This document shows positions 1 to 11,186 of a DNA stretch of 58,605 nt, piece by piece. How positions within the stretch are numbered: position 1 is the first letter of the stretch; each line of letters opens with the position of its first letter. The notes under the pieces are model-generated. The model searched no databases, was not told the origin of the DNA, and was given only the letters and a program-made list of their open reading frames with translations. This DNA is from Trichomonas gallinae (Eukaryota), in contig MRSU01000520.1 of NCBI GenBank assembly GCA_008369845.1, positions 1 through 58,605 of the forward strand. The letters are read 5' to 3'. A program made the translations under genes and the position numbers.

Positions 1-70
1 CGAGTGGTTAAGGCGCGGGATTGCTAATCCCGTGGATTTATCCGCGTGGGTTCGAATCCCATGGTCGTCG
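1..70 (+). tRNA. trnS-GCT: tRNA-Ser, anticodon GCT (5' end cut by the window edge)
   Basis: D-loop GAGTGGTTAAGGC, anticodon stem CGGGA/TCCCG around loop TTGCTAA (GCT at 23-25), long variable arm TGGATTTATCCG, T-loop GGTTCGAATCC, 3' acceptor strand ending GTCGTCG. Confidence 0.95.
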
Positions 71-74
71 TTCC

Positions 75-93
75 TTTTTTCTTTTTTTTTTTT
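75..93 (+). terminator. RNA polymerase III oligo-T terminator of tRNA-Ser
   Basis: T6 and T12 runs starting 5 nt after the tRNA 3' end. Confidence 0.8.
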
Positions 94-671
94 GATGAAC
101 TCTATCATTATCATCGCTATTACGCTTTATAATCGTATAGCTTTACTATTCAACCACAATGAATCAAAATAACACTCATGCACACGAGTATAATTATTGT
201 TGCGAAAATAAAATAAATTCAAACATAAATAACTACTCTAGTAGTTTGTCTGATTATTAAATTCTTTAACCAGAAATCTATGTTAGAATTTATGGTCCAT
301 GAAGCCTTAGATGAATTATTTTACTTAAAAAATAAATGATCAATCGTAAAACAACAAATTATATATGTTTTAGCGCAGTATTTCGGAGACATATGATGTT
401 TTGATCAATTTATAATTACACAACAAGGATGTTATTGTAACGATTAATGAATTTGTTTTAAAAATTATTGTTTTAAACAAATTTCCCGAGAGATTATAAG
501 TGTATTATAGATGTTATTTATTATTCGAGCGTTTAAATAAATAATCTAGCAAAAACCCCTATTTATTATTTCCAGCCCCTAAATATAATTCAATTGGTTT
601 TGGATGTTTATTTGAATGATCCTAAAAATAGTAGAAAAACATTTTTATTAAAATCAAAATTAAAAAGAAAA

Positions 672-1616
672 ATGAACGAAAGCGAACGAAATTTTTTCGA
701 CCAACAAGGAATTATCTTCACACGTGTCATCGCTGAGGGTGGATTCGGTGTGATATGTCTGGTGTACCATTCCGTTTATGAGCAACACTTCGTTTTAAAG
801 AAAGTTCCACAAGAAAGATTTAAAGAAAGCGAAATAGAATGCTTAAAGCAACTCGATCAACCTAATATCATCAATTTATACAACACTTATTCATTTGAAG
901 GCTACATATACATGTTAATGGAGTATTGTCCATATGATCTTTACCAATTTTTGAAGAAGAACCCAGAAATACCTATAGAGAGACTCAGTAAGTACTGTTA
1001 TGATATACTAATAGCAATTAAAGCATGCCATGACCACAAAATTGCTCATAATGATATCAAACCATCGAATTTCTTAATAGACAAGTACGGAAGAATTAAG
1101 GTTTGCGATTTTGGACTGTCTGCAATATTCGAGGATGATGTGCAATGCAAATCGACGCGAAAGGGTACATCGTTATTCATGGCACCGGAACTCTTTAAGC
1201 ATGAAGACTACAATCCTATGAAAGCAGATGTATGGGCCATAGGCGTTACGTTTTACTACATGGCGACGCAAAATTATCCATTTTATCATCAAGATCGAAA
1301 TACTCTGCGCAAACTTATTGAAGCTGGTGTGTATCCTTACTATTCGGTGTCAAATCAGCAGTTTTGCCAAGTAATTGGAAGATGTTTAGTTGTTGATCCA
1401 GAAGAAAGGGCAACTGTCGATGAACTACTTGATTTACCGTTTTTCCGCAGCTTCACTATCCAAAATATGCATAAGAACAGCGTGAATCTTAGAATTACGC
1501 AATCTTATAATACAACAATAGTTAAACCAACTCTTAAAACTAGAAACAAGCTTCCAAATCGAGCATCATTACTTCCATATAGAGCAAATGTTACAGATCC
1601 ACACTTTAAGAAATAG
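672..1616 (+). CDS. Ser/Thr protein kinase (CAMK-like expanded family, non-RD)
   Basis: AEGGFG loop, VLKK, HNDIKPSN catalytic loop, DFG, MAPE and DVWAIG motifs; first in-frame ATG is at 672. Confidence 0.93.
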   Translation: MNESERNFFDQQGIIFTRVIAEGGFGVICLVYHSVYEQHFVLKKVPQERFKESEIECLKQLDQPNIINLYNTYSFEGYIYMLMEYCPYDLYQFLKKNPEIPIERLSKYCYDILIAIKACHDHKIAHNDIKPSNFLIDKYGRIKVCDFGLSAIFEDDVQCKSTRKGTSLFMAPELFKHEDYNPMKADVWAIGVTFYYMATQNYPFYHQDRNTLRKLIEAGVYPYYSVSNQQFCQVIGRCLVVDPEERATVDELLDLPFFRSFTIQNMHKNSVNLRITQSYNTTIVKPTLKTRNKLPNRASLLPYRANVTDPHFKK

Positions 1617-2028
1617 ATTTTTTTGTTTGTAATATTATCAATAATTTGTTTGTAAAAATTTTGTTATTTATGTAGCTAACTCATACATTTATTCTTTAAA
1701 TCTTCCTCTCAACACAAAAAGAACAAAAAAACTTAATTTGAAAAAAATTAAGATTTTTTCAACAGATTATCAATATTGTACTCTGAATTAGCTATTTGAG
1801 CTTCCCATATGCTTTAATTTCGGACTTCAAGTTCATTTTTCATTTGATCAAAATGAAAAATGAAGAATGGCTTGGTTTCTTGCAAAATAACAATAATAAG
1901 ATGACTTCACTTGAAATTAGTCTTGTATGAAAATATTGGCTGTTCTGTGGAAAAGATTGTGAAAAGTTTATTATTTTTTGTACATAGATTTTGAATAATC
2001 AGTGTAAAACAGAAATATATAAAAAAAT

Positions 2029-4896
2029 TCAGTTGAAATCAATTGGGATCTCATCCTCCTGCTCTGAGTCGCTTGGATTAGCAGCTGCAAGTGATGAAGA
2101 AATGACTGGGGTGCCGAAACCGACCTTGTGGCCTGTCGAGTTTCTCTTTGAAAGGCTTCCGAAAGCTCCTTTGACAGGAACTCCTCCTCCTGCTGCAGCC
2201 ATGACTTCTCCCGGAATCATCTGTGCAGTCTTATGCCTCCTGAGTGATCCACTGACTGAGCCGACGCCGAATGCTGGAATGGCAGCGATTTCTTCTGGTG
2301 TGACAACAACTGGAAGTTTGTGCTCTTTGATGTTCCAGACTTCGTTTGCGTATTCAGAGATTGTCCTGTCGCTTGAGAATTTCGCCATATTGGCTGTTGA
2401 TGTGATGCACATCTTAGTCCACTCGTCTTTGTTCCTGAATGCATTGTCGCATCTCTCTTGTGCAGCCAAATAGTCCTGGAAGTCCTTAGCAACAAGCCAG
2501 TGGTCGCCGTTTTCGACTGGCCACATCAAGCATTCATATTCGTTTCTGTCGCCGAAGATGCCAGTCCTGATGAGATCGAACGCCTTCCTGAGTTCATCCG
2601 GCATCATCTTATTCTGTGATGCTCTGTAGCTGTCGACGTTTTCTGCAACTTCTCCGAAGAAGAAAACGTTTTCGTTGCCGATAGCATCACCAATTTCGAT
2701 GTTTGCGCCATCGTGTGTTCCGATGATCAATGCGCCGTTGAATGCGAACTTCATGTTGGATGTTCCTGAGGCTTCTGTGCCTGCAGTAGAGATCTGCTCG
2801 CAGACATCTGTGCCTGGGATGATGACTTCCGCAGCAGAAACGTTGTAGTTCGGAATGAATACGACTTTGAGGAGATTTCCTATCCTCTGGTCGTTGTTGA
2901 CGACATTCGCGACGTTGTTGATGAGCTTGATGAGCTTCTTAGCGGAGTAGTATCCTGGAGCAGCCTTTCCTCCGAATATCATTGCGCGAGGGACAGCCCA
3001 GCTCCGCTGCTGTGGAGTCATCTCGAGGAGAGTGATGTATCTGTAGATAATTGAAAAGACGTTGAGCTGCTGACGCTTGTATTCGTGTATTCTCTTGACT
3101 TGGATATCGAAGAGCTGGTTTTCTGCGTCGAGGCGGATGCCAGTTGTCTTAAGAACGAGGTCAGCGAGCTTCTGCTTGTTAACATACTTGATGCTCTGCC
3201 ATTCTCTGATGAAATTGTAGTCGTCGACTTTGAATCTCAAGGCGGTCAAGCCTTCAGCGTTCAGAGCCCATCTTTCGTCGCCGCAGACACGTGTGATGAG
3301 GCGGGAAAGCGATGGGTTGCAGTGGTGGAGCCAGCGTCTGACTGTGACGCCGTTTGTCTTATTGATGAATTTGCTTGGATCAAATCCGACGAAATCTTTG
3401 AAGACGTGGAGTCTCATGAGCTCAGAGTGGATCGCTGCAACACCATTAACAGTGTGTGAGCAGATAACAGCGAGATTTGCCATTCTAACTCTCTTTGGAT
3501 TGGACTCTTCGATGATACTGATGTTCCTGATGACATCTACTGATGGTTTGAACTTGGCGCGGATGTCGTCGAGGTAGTACTGGTTCAAATCGTAAATGAT
3601 TTCCATGTGGCGTGGAAGCATGTTCTGGAAAAGCGGGATATCCCACTTTTCGAGGGCCTCTGGCATGAGAGTGTGGCATGTATATGAGAAAACTTGGCGT
3701 GTTATCTTAAGAGCATCGACAAGTGACATTTTTTCTTCATCAATGAGGATGCGGAGTAATTCAGCAGCCATAACTGTTGGATGTGTATCGTTGAGCTGAA
3801 TTGCAGCGTATTTAGGCATGTCTGTGATTGGAACTTTATAATTATTCTTCAAACGACGGATAATATCCTTGAGTGATGCTGAAGACATGAAGTACTCTTG
3901 CATTAAACGCATCTCTTTGCCTTCATACGTGTTATCGTTTGGATATAAAACTGATGTAAGATTCTCACAACGTTGCTTCATTGTGATGGCATCAAAGTAG
4001 TCACCACCGCGGAATTTCTCTTCATCGAGTTCGATTGTTGGCTTTGATGACCATAATCTAAGTGCTAAAGTATTATCAGTGCTAAATCCTGGAATTAAGA
4101 AGTCGTTTGCAACAGCATTGATTGTGAGAGATGGTTTCCAAACGCCATTCTCAGTTTTTCCGTAGAATGAAACTTGATGTGTGATTGTTGGCTTCTGGAT
4201 CCTCCATGGATCACCAAAGTTAAGCCAGTAGTCTGGAATTTCCATTTGCGAACCATCTGGACCGATTTTCTGCTTGAACATGCCGAATGAATACATAAGT
4301 CCATAACCCCAGCCTGGGAGGTTCAAAGTCGCCAAAGAGTCCATAAAGCATGCAGCAAGGCGTCCAAGACCTCCATTGCCGAGGCCTGGATCATATTCTT
4401 CGTTATAAATATCATCAAGAGAAACGTCGAGTTCTGCCAAAGACTCTCGATAAAGATCCTCCAACTCCAAGTTAAGAAGTGCGTTTCTGAGGAATCTTCC
4501 AACGAGAAACTCTGCTGACACATAATAAACTTGTTTAGCTTTAGAAGAGACGAAAAACTCTTGTGTGTCGTTGAATAGCTCGATAAGTCTGTCTCTTATT
4601 GAGTAAGACGTGGCTAAATATGCTGAAAATGCGTCGTAATTGAATCTTGATCTTGCGATGGTGTATTCTAAGTGATTGACGAATGAAAGCTGCACAGAAT
4701 TCTTCTCTGCTGGAATGTAGTTGCCCATCAACTTCCAAAGAAGGTCGTGGCGGGCTCCTTCTACATCACTACCTTCGGAATTTGAGATATTCTCTTGTAA
4801 TTTGCTAATTGTCGCGTTATTTACGTCCCTCGGGACAAGTTTAGCGTCTGGATAGTAGGGTCGGATCGTCGGGCGATTTGATCGTTGGTTCTGCAT
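2029..4896 (-). CDS. PYG: Glycogen/starch phosphorylase (GT35)
   Basis: LGNGGLGRLAAC, IQLNDTHP, KTNGVT, QVKRIHEYKRQ, GGKAAPGY and PLP-site EASGTSNMKF motifs. Confidence 0.98.
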   Translation of the reverse strand: MQNQRSNRPTIRPYYPDAKLVPRDVNNATISKLQENISNSEGSDVEGARHDLLWKLMGNYIPAEKNSVQLSFVNHLEYTIARSRFNYDAFSAYLATSYSIRDRLIELFNDTQEFFVSSKAKQVYYVSAEFLVGRFLRNALLNLELEDLYRESLAELDVSLDDIYNEEYDPGLGNGGLGRLAACFMDSLATLNLPGWGYGLMYSFGMFKQKIGPDGSQMEIPDYWLNFGDPWRIQKPTITHQVSFYGKTENGVWKPSLTINAVANDFLIPGFSTDNTLALRLWSSKPTIELDEEKFRGGDYFDAITMKQRCENLTSVLYPNDNTYEGKEMRLMQEYFMSSASLKDIIRRLKNNYKVPITDMPKYAAIQLNDTHPTVMAAELLRILIDEEKMSLVDALKITRQVFSYTCHTLMPEALEKWDIPLFQNMLPRHMEIIYDLNQYYLDDIRAKFKPSVDVIRNISIIEESNPKRVRMANLAVICSHTVNGVAAIHSELMRLHVFKDFVGFDPSKFINKTNGVTVRRWLHHCNPSLSRLITRVCGDERWALNAEGLTALRFKVDDYNFIREWQSIKYVNKQKLADLVLKTTGIRLDAENQLFDIQVKRIHEYKRQQLNVFSIIYRYITLLEMTPQQRSWAVPRAMIFGGKAAPGYYSAKKLIKLINNVANVVNNDQRIGNLLKVVFIPNYNVSAAEVIIPGTDVCEQISTAGTEASGTSNMKFAFNGALIIGTHDGANIEIGDAIGNENVFFFGEVAENVDSYRASQNKMMPDELRKAFDLIRTGIFGDRNEYECLMWPVENGDHWLVAKDFQDYLAAQERCDNAFRNKDEWTKMCITSTANMAKFSSDRTISEYANEVWNIKEHKLPVVVTPEEIAAIPAFGVGSVSGSLRRHKTAQMIPGEVMAAAGGGVPVKGAFGSLSKRNSTGHKVGFGTPVISSSLAAANPSDSEQEDEIPIDFN

Positions 4897-5282
4897 ACGA
4901 CCGATGATCTCCTCAAAAAAATTTATTTACATTCTTTCAATTTTTCTTTTGTTTTTAATATAATCTAATACGCATTGACATTCCATATTTTCAATTAAAA
5001 AAAGGAAAAAAAATATTTTGGTATTATTTAAATTTATCATTCTATTACCAACTCAAATATGCAAAAATAAAAATAATTATTATCATTTGACATTTTTACA
5101 GATTTTTTTTAACAATTAAAAATTGCAAATAATCAAACATTCTATAGACATAATCACTCCATAATAATATCATATCATCTATAAATAGTATAAATAATAT
5201 ATTAGAAGTTATATGGAAAAATATAGAATAAATGATGAGAAAAATGAGTTTTAAGATTTTCTTTCTTATCTGCTGAATGATA

Positions 5283-5555
5283 AAAGTGACAATGAGTAGA
5301 GAAAATTACCATTTTTATATTTTTGCTGTTAAAACTACTATTATAGGGCTATGATTCTTATTATGATGACGAAAATCAGCTTTGTTTGCTTCAAACATGT
5401 ATATCTGGAAAGATTGCATGAACGATGGACTAATTTTCCGTTTAGACACAACTGAACAATGTGTTCGTGCCGAAAAACATGTGTTTCCGTTGAAACCAAC
5501 ACAGAAACCTTAACAAATCAGATAAATCTTGGAATTGAAGAAAATAGTCGCCTAA
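5283..5555 (+). pseudogene. Possible decayed gene remnant
   Basis: AAAGTGAC-A-ATG (same spacing as at the dolichol kinase gene) followed by short coding-like, Cys-containing segments in shifting frames (GYDSYYDDENQLCLLQTCISGK; KDCMNDGLIFRLDTTEQCVRA). Confidence 0.3.
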
Positions 5556-5660
5556 TCAAATTTTACTTCATCCAAAATTTTATCTAGGCCAATTATATTG
5601 ATATGCACAAACAAAAATAACTACTTTTAATGTTTTGTAAAAATTGATTTTTATTTCATG

Positions 5661-6545
5661 TTATGTATGAATTATGTTAACAAATGGGATATACTTATAT
5701 ATTTTTCTAGTAGAAATGCATATGTTTTCACAAGCAGAAAGAGCTGGAGGAATATATCTGATTCGAAGGTGTCCATTGCCTGTATTTCCGTATAATTTGG
5801 AGCCACTAGGAAGTTTCATGTAACCTCCGCCTGGAATCATTGCTGCCCTGCTGAAGATAGCAAGATTTTTTTTTACACATCCATCATATCCTGAGATATA
5901 TGAACTTCCACCACTTCCAGCTACAACAGTGCCTGGCCCATATCTTTGGCTGGTTTTTCCTCCATAATATCCAGCTCCAGCCCCACCTCCTCCTTCTTCG
6001 CCACCATTTCCTGCTTCTATCGCGTCTCTTCCTGCTTGACCTACGCCTCTTTGATATCCATAAGTTTGACCACCGCCAATCGAATCTCCTGCATTATCAC
6101 CTTGAAGGCCACCAGCATTGGCACCGCTACTAAATTTACTAGCTCCACCTCCACCACCACTTACCATGATTCTATTATCAATATTGACATTTCCAAAAAA
6201 TATTGTTGTCGATCCACCGCCTCCAGCTCCTGTTTCACGATTATCCAAATATGCCCGGCCTCCATTCCCTCCACCACCACAGCCACCATTCACATTTACA
6301 GTTCCCATCACGCTATCGTATCCTTTTCCGCCAATTAAGGCGATAAGTTTAACCTGCTTTTGGAAAGAGATATAGCCTGAAGTGTACCCTCCTTTCCCTC
6401 CAATTTTTGTGCCATCAGCTTTGTTTCCACCAGAAGCTCCCCAAGCCTCAAAAAAGTAGTCGCCTGGATGAAGCACAAACTCATAGTTAGAGCAGTCACT
6501 CTTATAAGGATAGTCAGAAGTGAGGTTTTTTAGGTCATATGGCAT
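5661..6545 (-). CDS. Glycine-rich protein (ALK/LTK-like glycine-rich domain family)
   Basis: FEAWGASGG, GGKGGYTSG, RIMVSGGGGGA, GAGAGYYGG, GSGGSSYISG and GNGHLRI motifs; short C-terminal Cys/hydrophobic tail. Confidence 0.85.
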   Translation of the reverse strand: MPYDLKNLTSDYPYKSDCSNYEFVLHPGDYFFEAWGASGGNKADGTKIGGKGGYTSGYISFQKQVKLIALIGGKGYDSVMGTVNVNGGCGGGGNGGRAYLDNRETGAGGGGSTTIFFGNVNIDNRIMVSGGGGGASKFSSGANAGGLQGDNAGDSIGGGQTYGYQRGVGQAGRDAIEAGNGGEEGGGGAGAGYYGGKTSQRYGPGTVVAGSGGSSYISGYDGCVKKNLAIFSRAAMIPGGGYMKLPSGSKLYGNTGNGHLRIRYIPPALSACENICISTRKIYKYIPFVNIIHT

Positions 6546-6969
6546 AAATCAAAATTATGAGCAAAATATCTTAGCATACCTTATATAAAAATGAGCAATT
6601 TTATGATATAGCCATTTATGATCATCAATATACATTAGAAAATGTATTTTGAAAAGAAAAATTAATCTTTCGAGCGTTATTTTTACCTGCAAGAGTGATA
6701 AACGTCTTGTAAGTACTAAATATGTATAAAGTCTGGCTTACGTGCGTTATACTAGCCCTTGTAGGTGAAGATAAATTAGTAATATTAGCAACAGCGGTAT
6801 TTCGCTTCCAACATCTCAGTATTGATATATACTGTGATATCTTCAAATGAAATTGGCTAATGTCGTTGTTTCAAAATTGTGATTTAGAAAATGAAGTCGG
6901 AGATGAAATAGTATGAGATTATGGTCTAATATAAACATTATTTAATAACAAAACAATAAAATAATAAAG

Positions 6970-8778
6970 TTATGCTTCATCAATTAACAAATTTTTTCTT
7001 ATAGTAGCAGATTGAGATTCAGTGTTATTCATTGCGCGAAGAGCCTCTTCAACCTTCTTTTGGCCTCTGATTTGTCCTATAATGCAGCTCAAAATTGCTG
7101 CAAAAACAATCAAAATAAAAACCGAGGCAGTAACAATGATGATAATTGTATGTGTTAGCATAGAAAGTGGTATTTTTCCGCGTGGCGGGCGATAAACACT
7201 CTTATTTTCGAAATTTCGCATTGCTATAACAAGCTTAGGATCTGGACATACGACACTGCCATATAAACCAGCGAAATTTAGTTTCATGCCTTCCCTTTCG
7301 CATATTTTTGTTTCATTTCCGATTGAAATTTTAAGATTTCCTTCTTCAACTGATGATTCATAGCACCTTGGCGTGCCAGTGCTTTCTGAATAAGAATATC
7401 TGCTTAAATTTGACATAACACAAATTGAATTTTTTCCATAATTTTCTTCTGTGTAGCTTTTCCTTGTTTCTGGGTTTCTACAGTTTCTAGACATGAGAGG
7501 AAACTGAATGAAGTCAGGAATCCAATATATTCCTCTAGACTGAAAACCTAAAGGATTATAAAATATTTCTGCTCTGCAAAAAGCTTTGTCTTCTGTTGTC
7601 CAGCCAGGACAGTATTGGTTAATGACGCTAATACACTCTCCAACATAAGAATAATCGAATGAACACATAGATAGTCCGCTTTGTGTTGGATTGCAGAGAT
7701 AATTGTTTGGAAATGTAGTATATGGAGATCCAACGGGGAATTCTTGCAGTTTATTACCACCTAGAGAAGATCCTTCTCCCCATGCTAATGGTTCTGCCAT
7801 TGAATAATTACACTCATACCAGCCTGTGTCTTCTAGCATTGCTAATGTTAGGTCTGATATTACTGCAGGTTGTATTGATATTCCAACCATTAATTCATTA
7901 AAGAAAACTCTTCCTTCTGGATGTGATAATTCTGTTCCTGTAGATCCTCCATCTTCAAGCTCAACACCCATAGGAACTCCATCAGCAAACATAGTTCTAT
8001 TCCATCTCTGTATAGCATACTTCTGGCACTGCGGCGTGTGTAAAATTGTAAAAGTTTTTCCATCTTTCGTGTATTTAGTCATTGGTATCTTCGATCCCCA
8101 GCTGTTGCCTGTATTTCTGTTCAACCAGTACTCGTATAAGTCTTTAGATATACCTAATATATGGCAAAACTCGTGTAAACATGTTGTGAAAAATTTTCTA
8201 TCATATGATGATTCATTTTGTGCTTCTGATGGAATTTTTCGTGCGTTGATGTATATTCCGCCTCGAATTGGCCTGTTATCGAAGAAGGAAAGGCTATCCG
8301 GAAATGCAGAAGCTAATGTGCTCGAATAATCGCCAAATGGCCTGGTAACTACAGCAACATACAAATCTACGTGATAAGACTTAGATTTTACAGTAATATC
8401 GTTCATATTTTTTGATTTTATTGGAAAAGTGCAGCGCGAGACGTTTAATAATCGAGATAAGTATGATTGTATAGAGTTCATTGTTGATTCGACAACTTGA
8501 ATCTTCTTTTCCGTTAAAATATCATCTTGTTGACAATAATACGTGCCAAGAGCCCATTGTATCCTTTGTCCTGCTGTTGTGCATATCAATGGATCTGTTT
8601 TATCGCGTATTATTGATGTATCTATGTAAATTCGAATTGGTTTTCTTGAAGATTCGGAAAGCTGAGATTTTCGCTTTGTTTCATTCCTGTTATCAACGAG
8701 GTTCTTGCTCTTAGGCAAAAGCCCGCTGATGCATTGATGTGAAACAATGTCTTTCAGGAAGAAAAAAGCGAAAATCAT
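6970..8778 (-). CDS. GP63-like / leishmanolysin (peptidase M8) membrane metalloprotease
   Basis: HEFCHILG zinc motif, ELEDGGSTGTELSH, NELMVG, LEDTGWY and WGEG motifs; N-terminal hydrophobic signal and C-terminal TM helix. Confidence 0.95.
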   Translation of the reverse strand: MIFAFFFLKDIVSHQCISGLLPKSKNLVDNRNETKRKSQLSESSRKPIRIYIDTSIIRDKTDPLICTTAGQRIQWALGTYYCQQDDILTEKKIQVVESTMNSIQSYLSRLLNVSRCTFPIKSKNMNDITVKSKSYHVDLYVAVVTRPFGDYSSTLASAFPDSLSFFDNRPIRGGIYINARKIPSEAQNESSYDRKFFTTCLHEFCHILGISKDLYEYWLNRNTGNSWGSKIPMTKYTKDGKTFTILHTPQCQKYAIQRWNRTMFADGVPMGVELEDGGSTGTELSHPEGRVFFNELMVGISIQPAVISDLTLAMLEDTGWYECNYSMAEPLAWGEGSSLGGNKLQEFPVGSPYTTFPNNYLCNPTQSGLSMCSFDYSYVGECISVINQYCPGWTTEDKAFCRAEIFYNPLGFQSRGIYWIPDFIQFPLMSRNCRNPETRKSYTEENYGKNSICVMSNLSRYSYSESTGTPRCYESSVEEGNLKISIGNETKICEREGMKLNFAGLYGSVVCPDPKLVIAMRNFENKSVYRPPRGKIPLSMLTHTIIIIVTASVFILIVFAAILSCIIGQIRGQKKVEEALRAMNNTESQSATIRKNLLIDEA

Positions 8779-9470
8779 AAAAATAATTATTCCGGTAGGA
8801 AAATCTTGATCTTTTGGTTGTAATCTCTAGATCGTATTTTTTGCACTTTTTGCTAATAATCTCTCGGTAATTTTTGTTTTTAAAAAATTCTCAAAAAGGA
8901 TAATATTAAGTAAAAAAATTATACTTTTTATAGTATTATTGGAAGAATTAACAAAATTAATAATTTTTCAAAAAAAGAAAATCAGAAAATGGTTTTGAAT
9001 ATAGATGAACTAGCTATTTATGGAGTGATTGAGAATGATTAAAGCTCAATGATTTAATTTATCTCCAATCTCGAAGAAACCATAGCCATAGTATGACGCT
9101 CTCTTTTGGAAAATCTTGAATATGAAATCTAAAAAGAGAAATAACTAAGATTCGAAAAAATTTGATTTTTTTTTCAAAAAAGCATGGATATATTTCTAAT
9201 TTTAACTTCCATGATATGTAAAATGTGCTCCAATCGAAAATGTTGCTTAAATTCGATAATATAATTTGAAATTAAAATAAATTGTTCTATTTTAGTTTTC
9301 AAGCTAATAATTTTTATTTTTATGATGCATACTATTATTTTCATGCTTTATTTTGACTTTTTATTTTTTACATGAAAAAAGTTTATTAAATAACCAAACA
9401 TCATATAAAGAACCTAAAAATGTAAAAATCTTGAATTCTGATTCATCAAAATTTTTTTTTTGCTAAATCG

Positions 9471-10604
9471 ATGACGGAAGAAATTGTTTTGGAGAAGAAT
9501 GAAGCCCTTATGGAGCGCATAAATAACATCAAGGACTACTTGTCGCAAAAAGGAAACGTATCAGCTGAGACGGCTATCAACCAATTAAAATTCTTTTTAA
9601 AAATGACGAGTAGATATCATTATTTCAACTATGTACCAGACACCATCAGATATGTATTAGTTTTGATTAACGATACACTCACAGAAGGCCAAAATACTGC
9701 TAAATTACATAATGCAGCTGCTAAATTCGCAATGATTCAAGATTTAATACTCGCAATGAAACCACCGGAAGTAACATCAGACTCTTTGAGAAGGATTATC
9801 TCAGTTGTTCCTTACGATCTTGATTCACAAACAATGAAATTCCACTGGAAAGAGCAATACACATTTGAAGAGTCAATATTCTATCCAGATGATCACCTCA
9901 AGCCATTCATCGATAAATTTTTGGATGAGCTTGATCCTACGAGAACATGGTATCAAATCTACGATTTCTCAAAGAATTGCGCACAATACCTACAAGATGC
10001 ATATTCGATTACAGAAGATCAGCCTCAAATCCTTGCATTTTCTTCGCGTGCTCTTTATCAAATATATTTCAAATTTGCAGGACCAATTTTCACATATCAT
10101 CCAACAGACGAAAAATTCCTCAACCAAATAGCATACCTAAGGACACTTACACCAAGCGATTTAATGATTCGCGAGAAATTTTTACCTGATGGAACCCACA
10201 AACTTCCAATCAATCAACAGCTTACAACTCTCTACAGTCATACAGTTGGTATTGCGAATTTCCTGCCCTTCGATGATATTCCTGATGATCTTTTTTATCA
10301 TATTTCAATTCTTCACGATACAGTCTTCGAGGAGCTTATTTCCATCATGTACCAGAGAACAGACAAGAAGATTCCATTATCTCAATATAGAGCCAGCGCT
10401 GCTCTCGGCCAGGAAGATGTTATGCCGATTATCATCCTTGTTTTAGTTTTGGCTGATATTCCGAACCTTCCTGATATAGTCAACTTCTTCAACGAGTACA
10501 CAACACAGATTGATGTAAACTCAAAGAGTGGTCTTTACATGGCAAACATTGCAACAGCTTTCGGCGCAATTATGAACTGGGAAAAGACAGCTGAAACCAA
10601 TTAG
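9471..10604 (+). CDS. VPS9-domain-like protein (putative Rab5-family GEF)
   Basis: C-terminal LGQEDVMPIIILVLVLADIPNL...SKSGLYMANIATAFGAI resembles the VPS9 pattern G(A)DDxxPxxxxV...GYYxxxxxxA. Confidence 0.6.
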   Translation: MTEEIVLEKNEALMERINNIKDYLSQKGNVSAETAINQLKFFLKMTSRYHYFNYVPDTIRYVLVLINDTLTEGQNTAKLHNAAAKFAMIQDLILAMKPPEVTSDSLRRIISVVPYDLDSQTMKFHWKEQYTFEESIFYPDDHLKPFIDKFLDELDPTRTWYQIYDFSKNCAQYLQDAYSITEDQPQILAFSSRALYQIYFKFAGPIFTYHPTDEKFLNQIAYLRTLTPSDLMIREKFLPDGTHKLPINQQLTTLYSHTVGIANFLPFDDIPDDLFYHISILHDTVFEELISIMYQRTDKKIPLSQYRASAALGQEDVMPIIILVLVLADIPNLPDIVNFFNEYTTQIDVNSKSGLYMANIATAFGAIMNWEKTAETN

Positions 10605-11186
10605 AAAATGTATCTCGACATTCTCCGATTTGTTAATGTCATATTAAAATTATTTTTATTAAAAATATCATTTCATGAATTATTACACAATTGATTCCGT
10701 ATTTATTACAAATGACACATTAAATTATCATCCAAATCAATTGAATTCAAATTTGAATTATCAATTTCTCTTAGAATCAACAATCATCTTTTTATATCAA
10801 ATAAAACAATTTACATGTTCATCTTTTCATATTGACTATTGATTTATCTTCAGTAACTGCAAATTTTCAATCTATCAATTCAAAACAGGATAAATCAAAT
10901 TTTAGAAACAATTCGTACCCAAATATGCATTAAATAGCTATTATAGTATGTAATACATTAATTAAAATAGCCAAAAATTCGAACTACTCTACCATATATT
11001 TTTATATTATATCATTTGCATGCCATTCGTAAAATATCAAAACAGTTTTAGGGAATTTCTGAACTTTCTTATTAGTATATTCATAAATCACACATATCAA
11101 CAATCCTAATTATTAAGTTGAATCACTTATGTTATATGGGAATTTATATATTTATGAGAAATTATACAATCGTGCTAAAGCACAAC

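Noticed and set aside
594..671. ORF-track N-terminal extensions from TTG/GTG starts or upstream ATGs (594, 13025, 16573, 20257, 28175, 30603, 50470, 53135, 55215)
   Set aside because: Eukaryotic context; the extensions run through AT-rich promoter sequence, and downstream ATGs with Inr/M2 context or targeting leaders fit better.
1991..4738. Many antisense and alternate-frame ORFs overlapping glycogen phosphorylase (and likewise within the other long genes)
   Set aside because: Shadow ORFs expected from biased codon usage; no motifs, mostly non-ATG starts, fully overlapping well-supported CDS.
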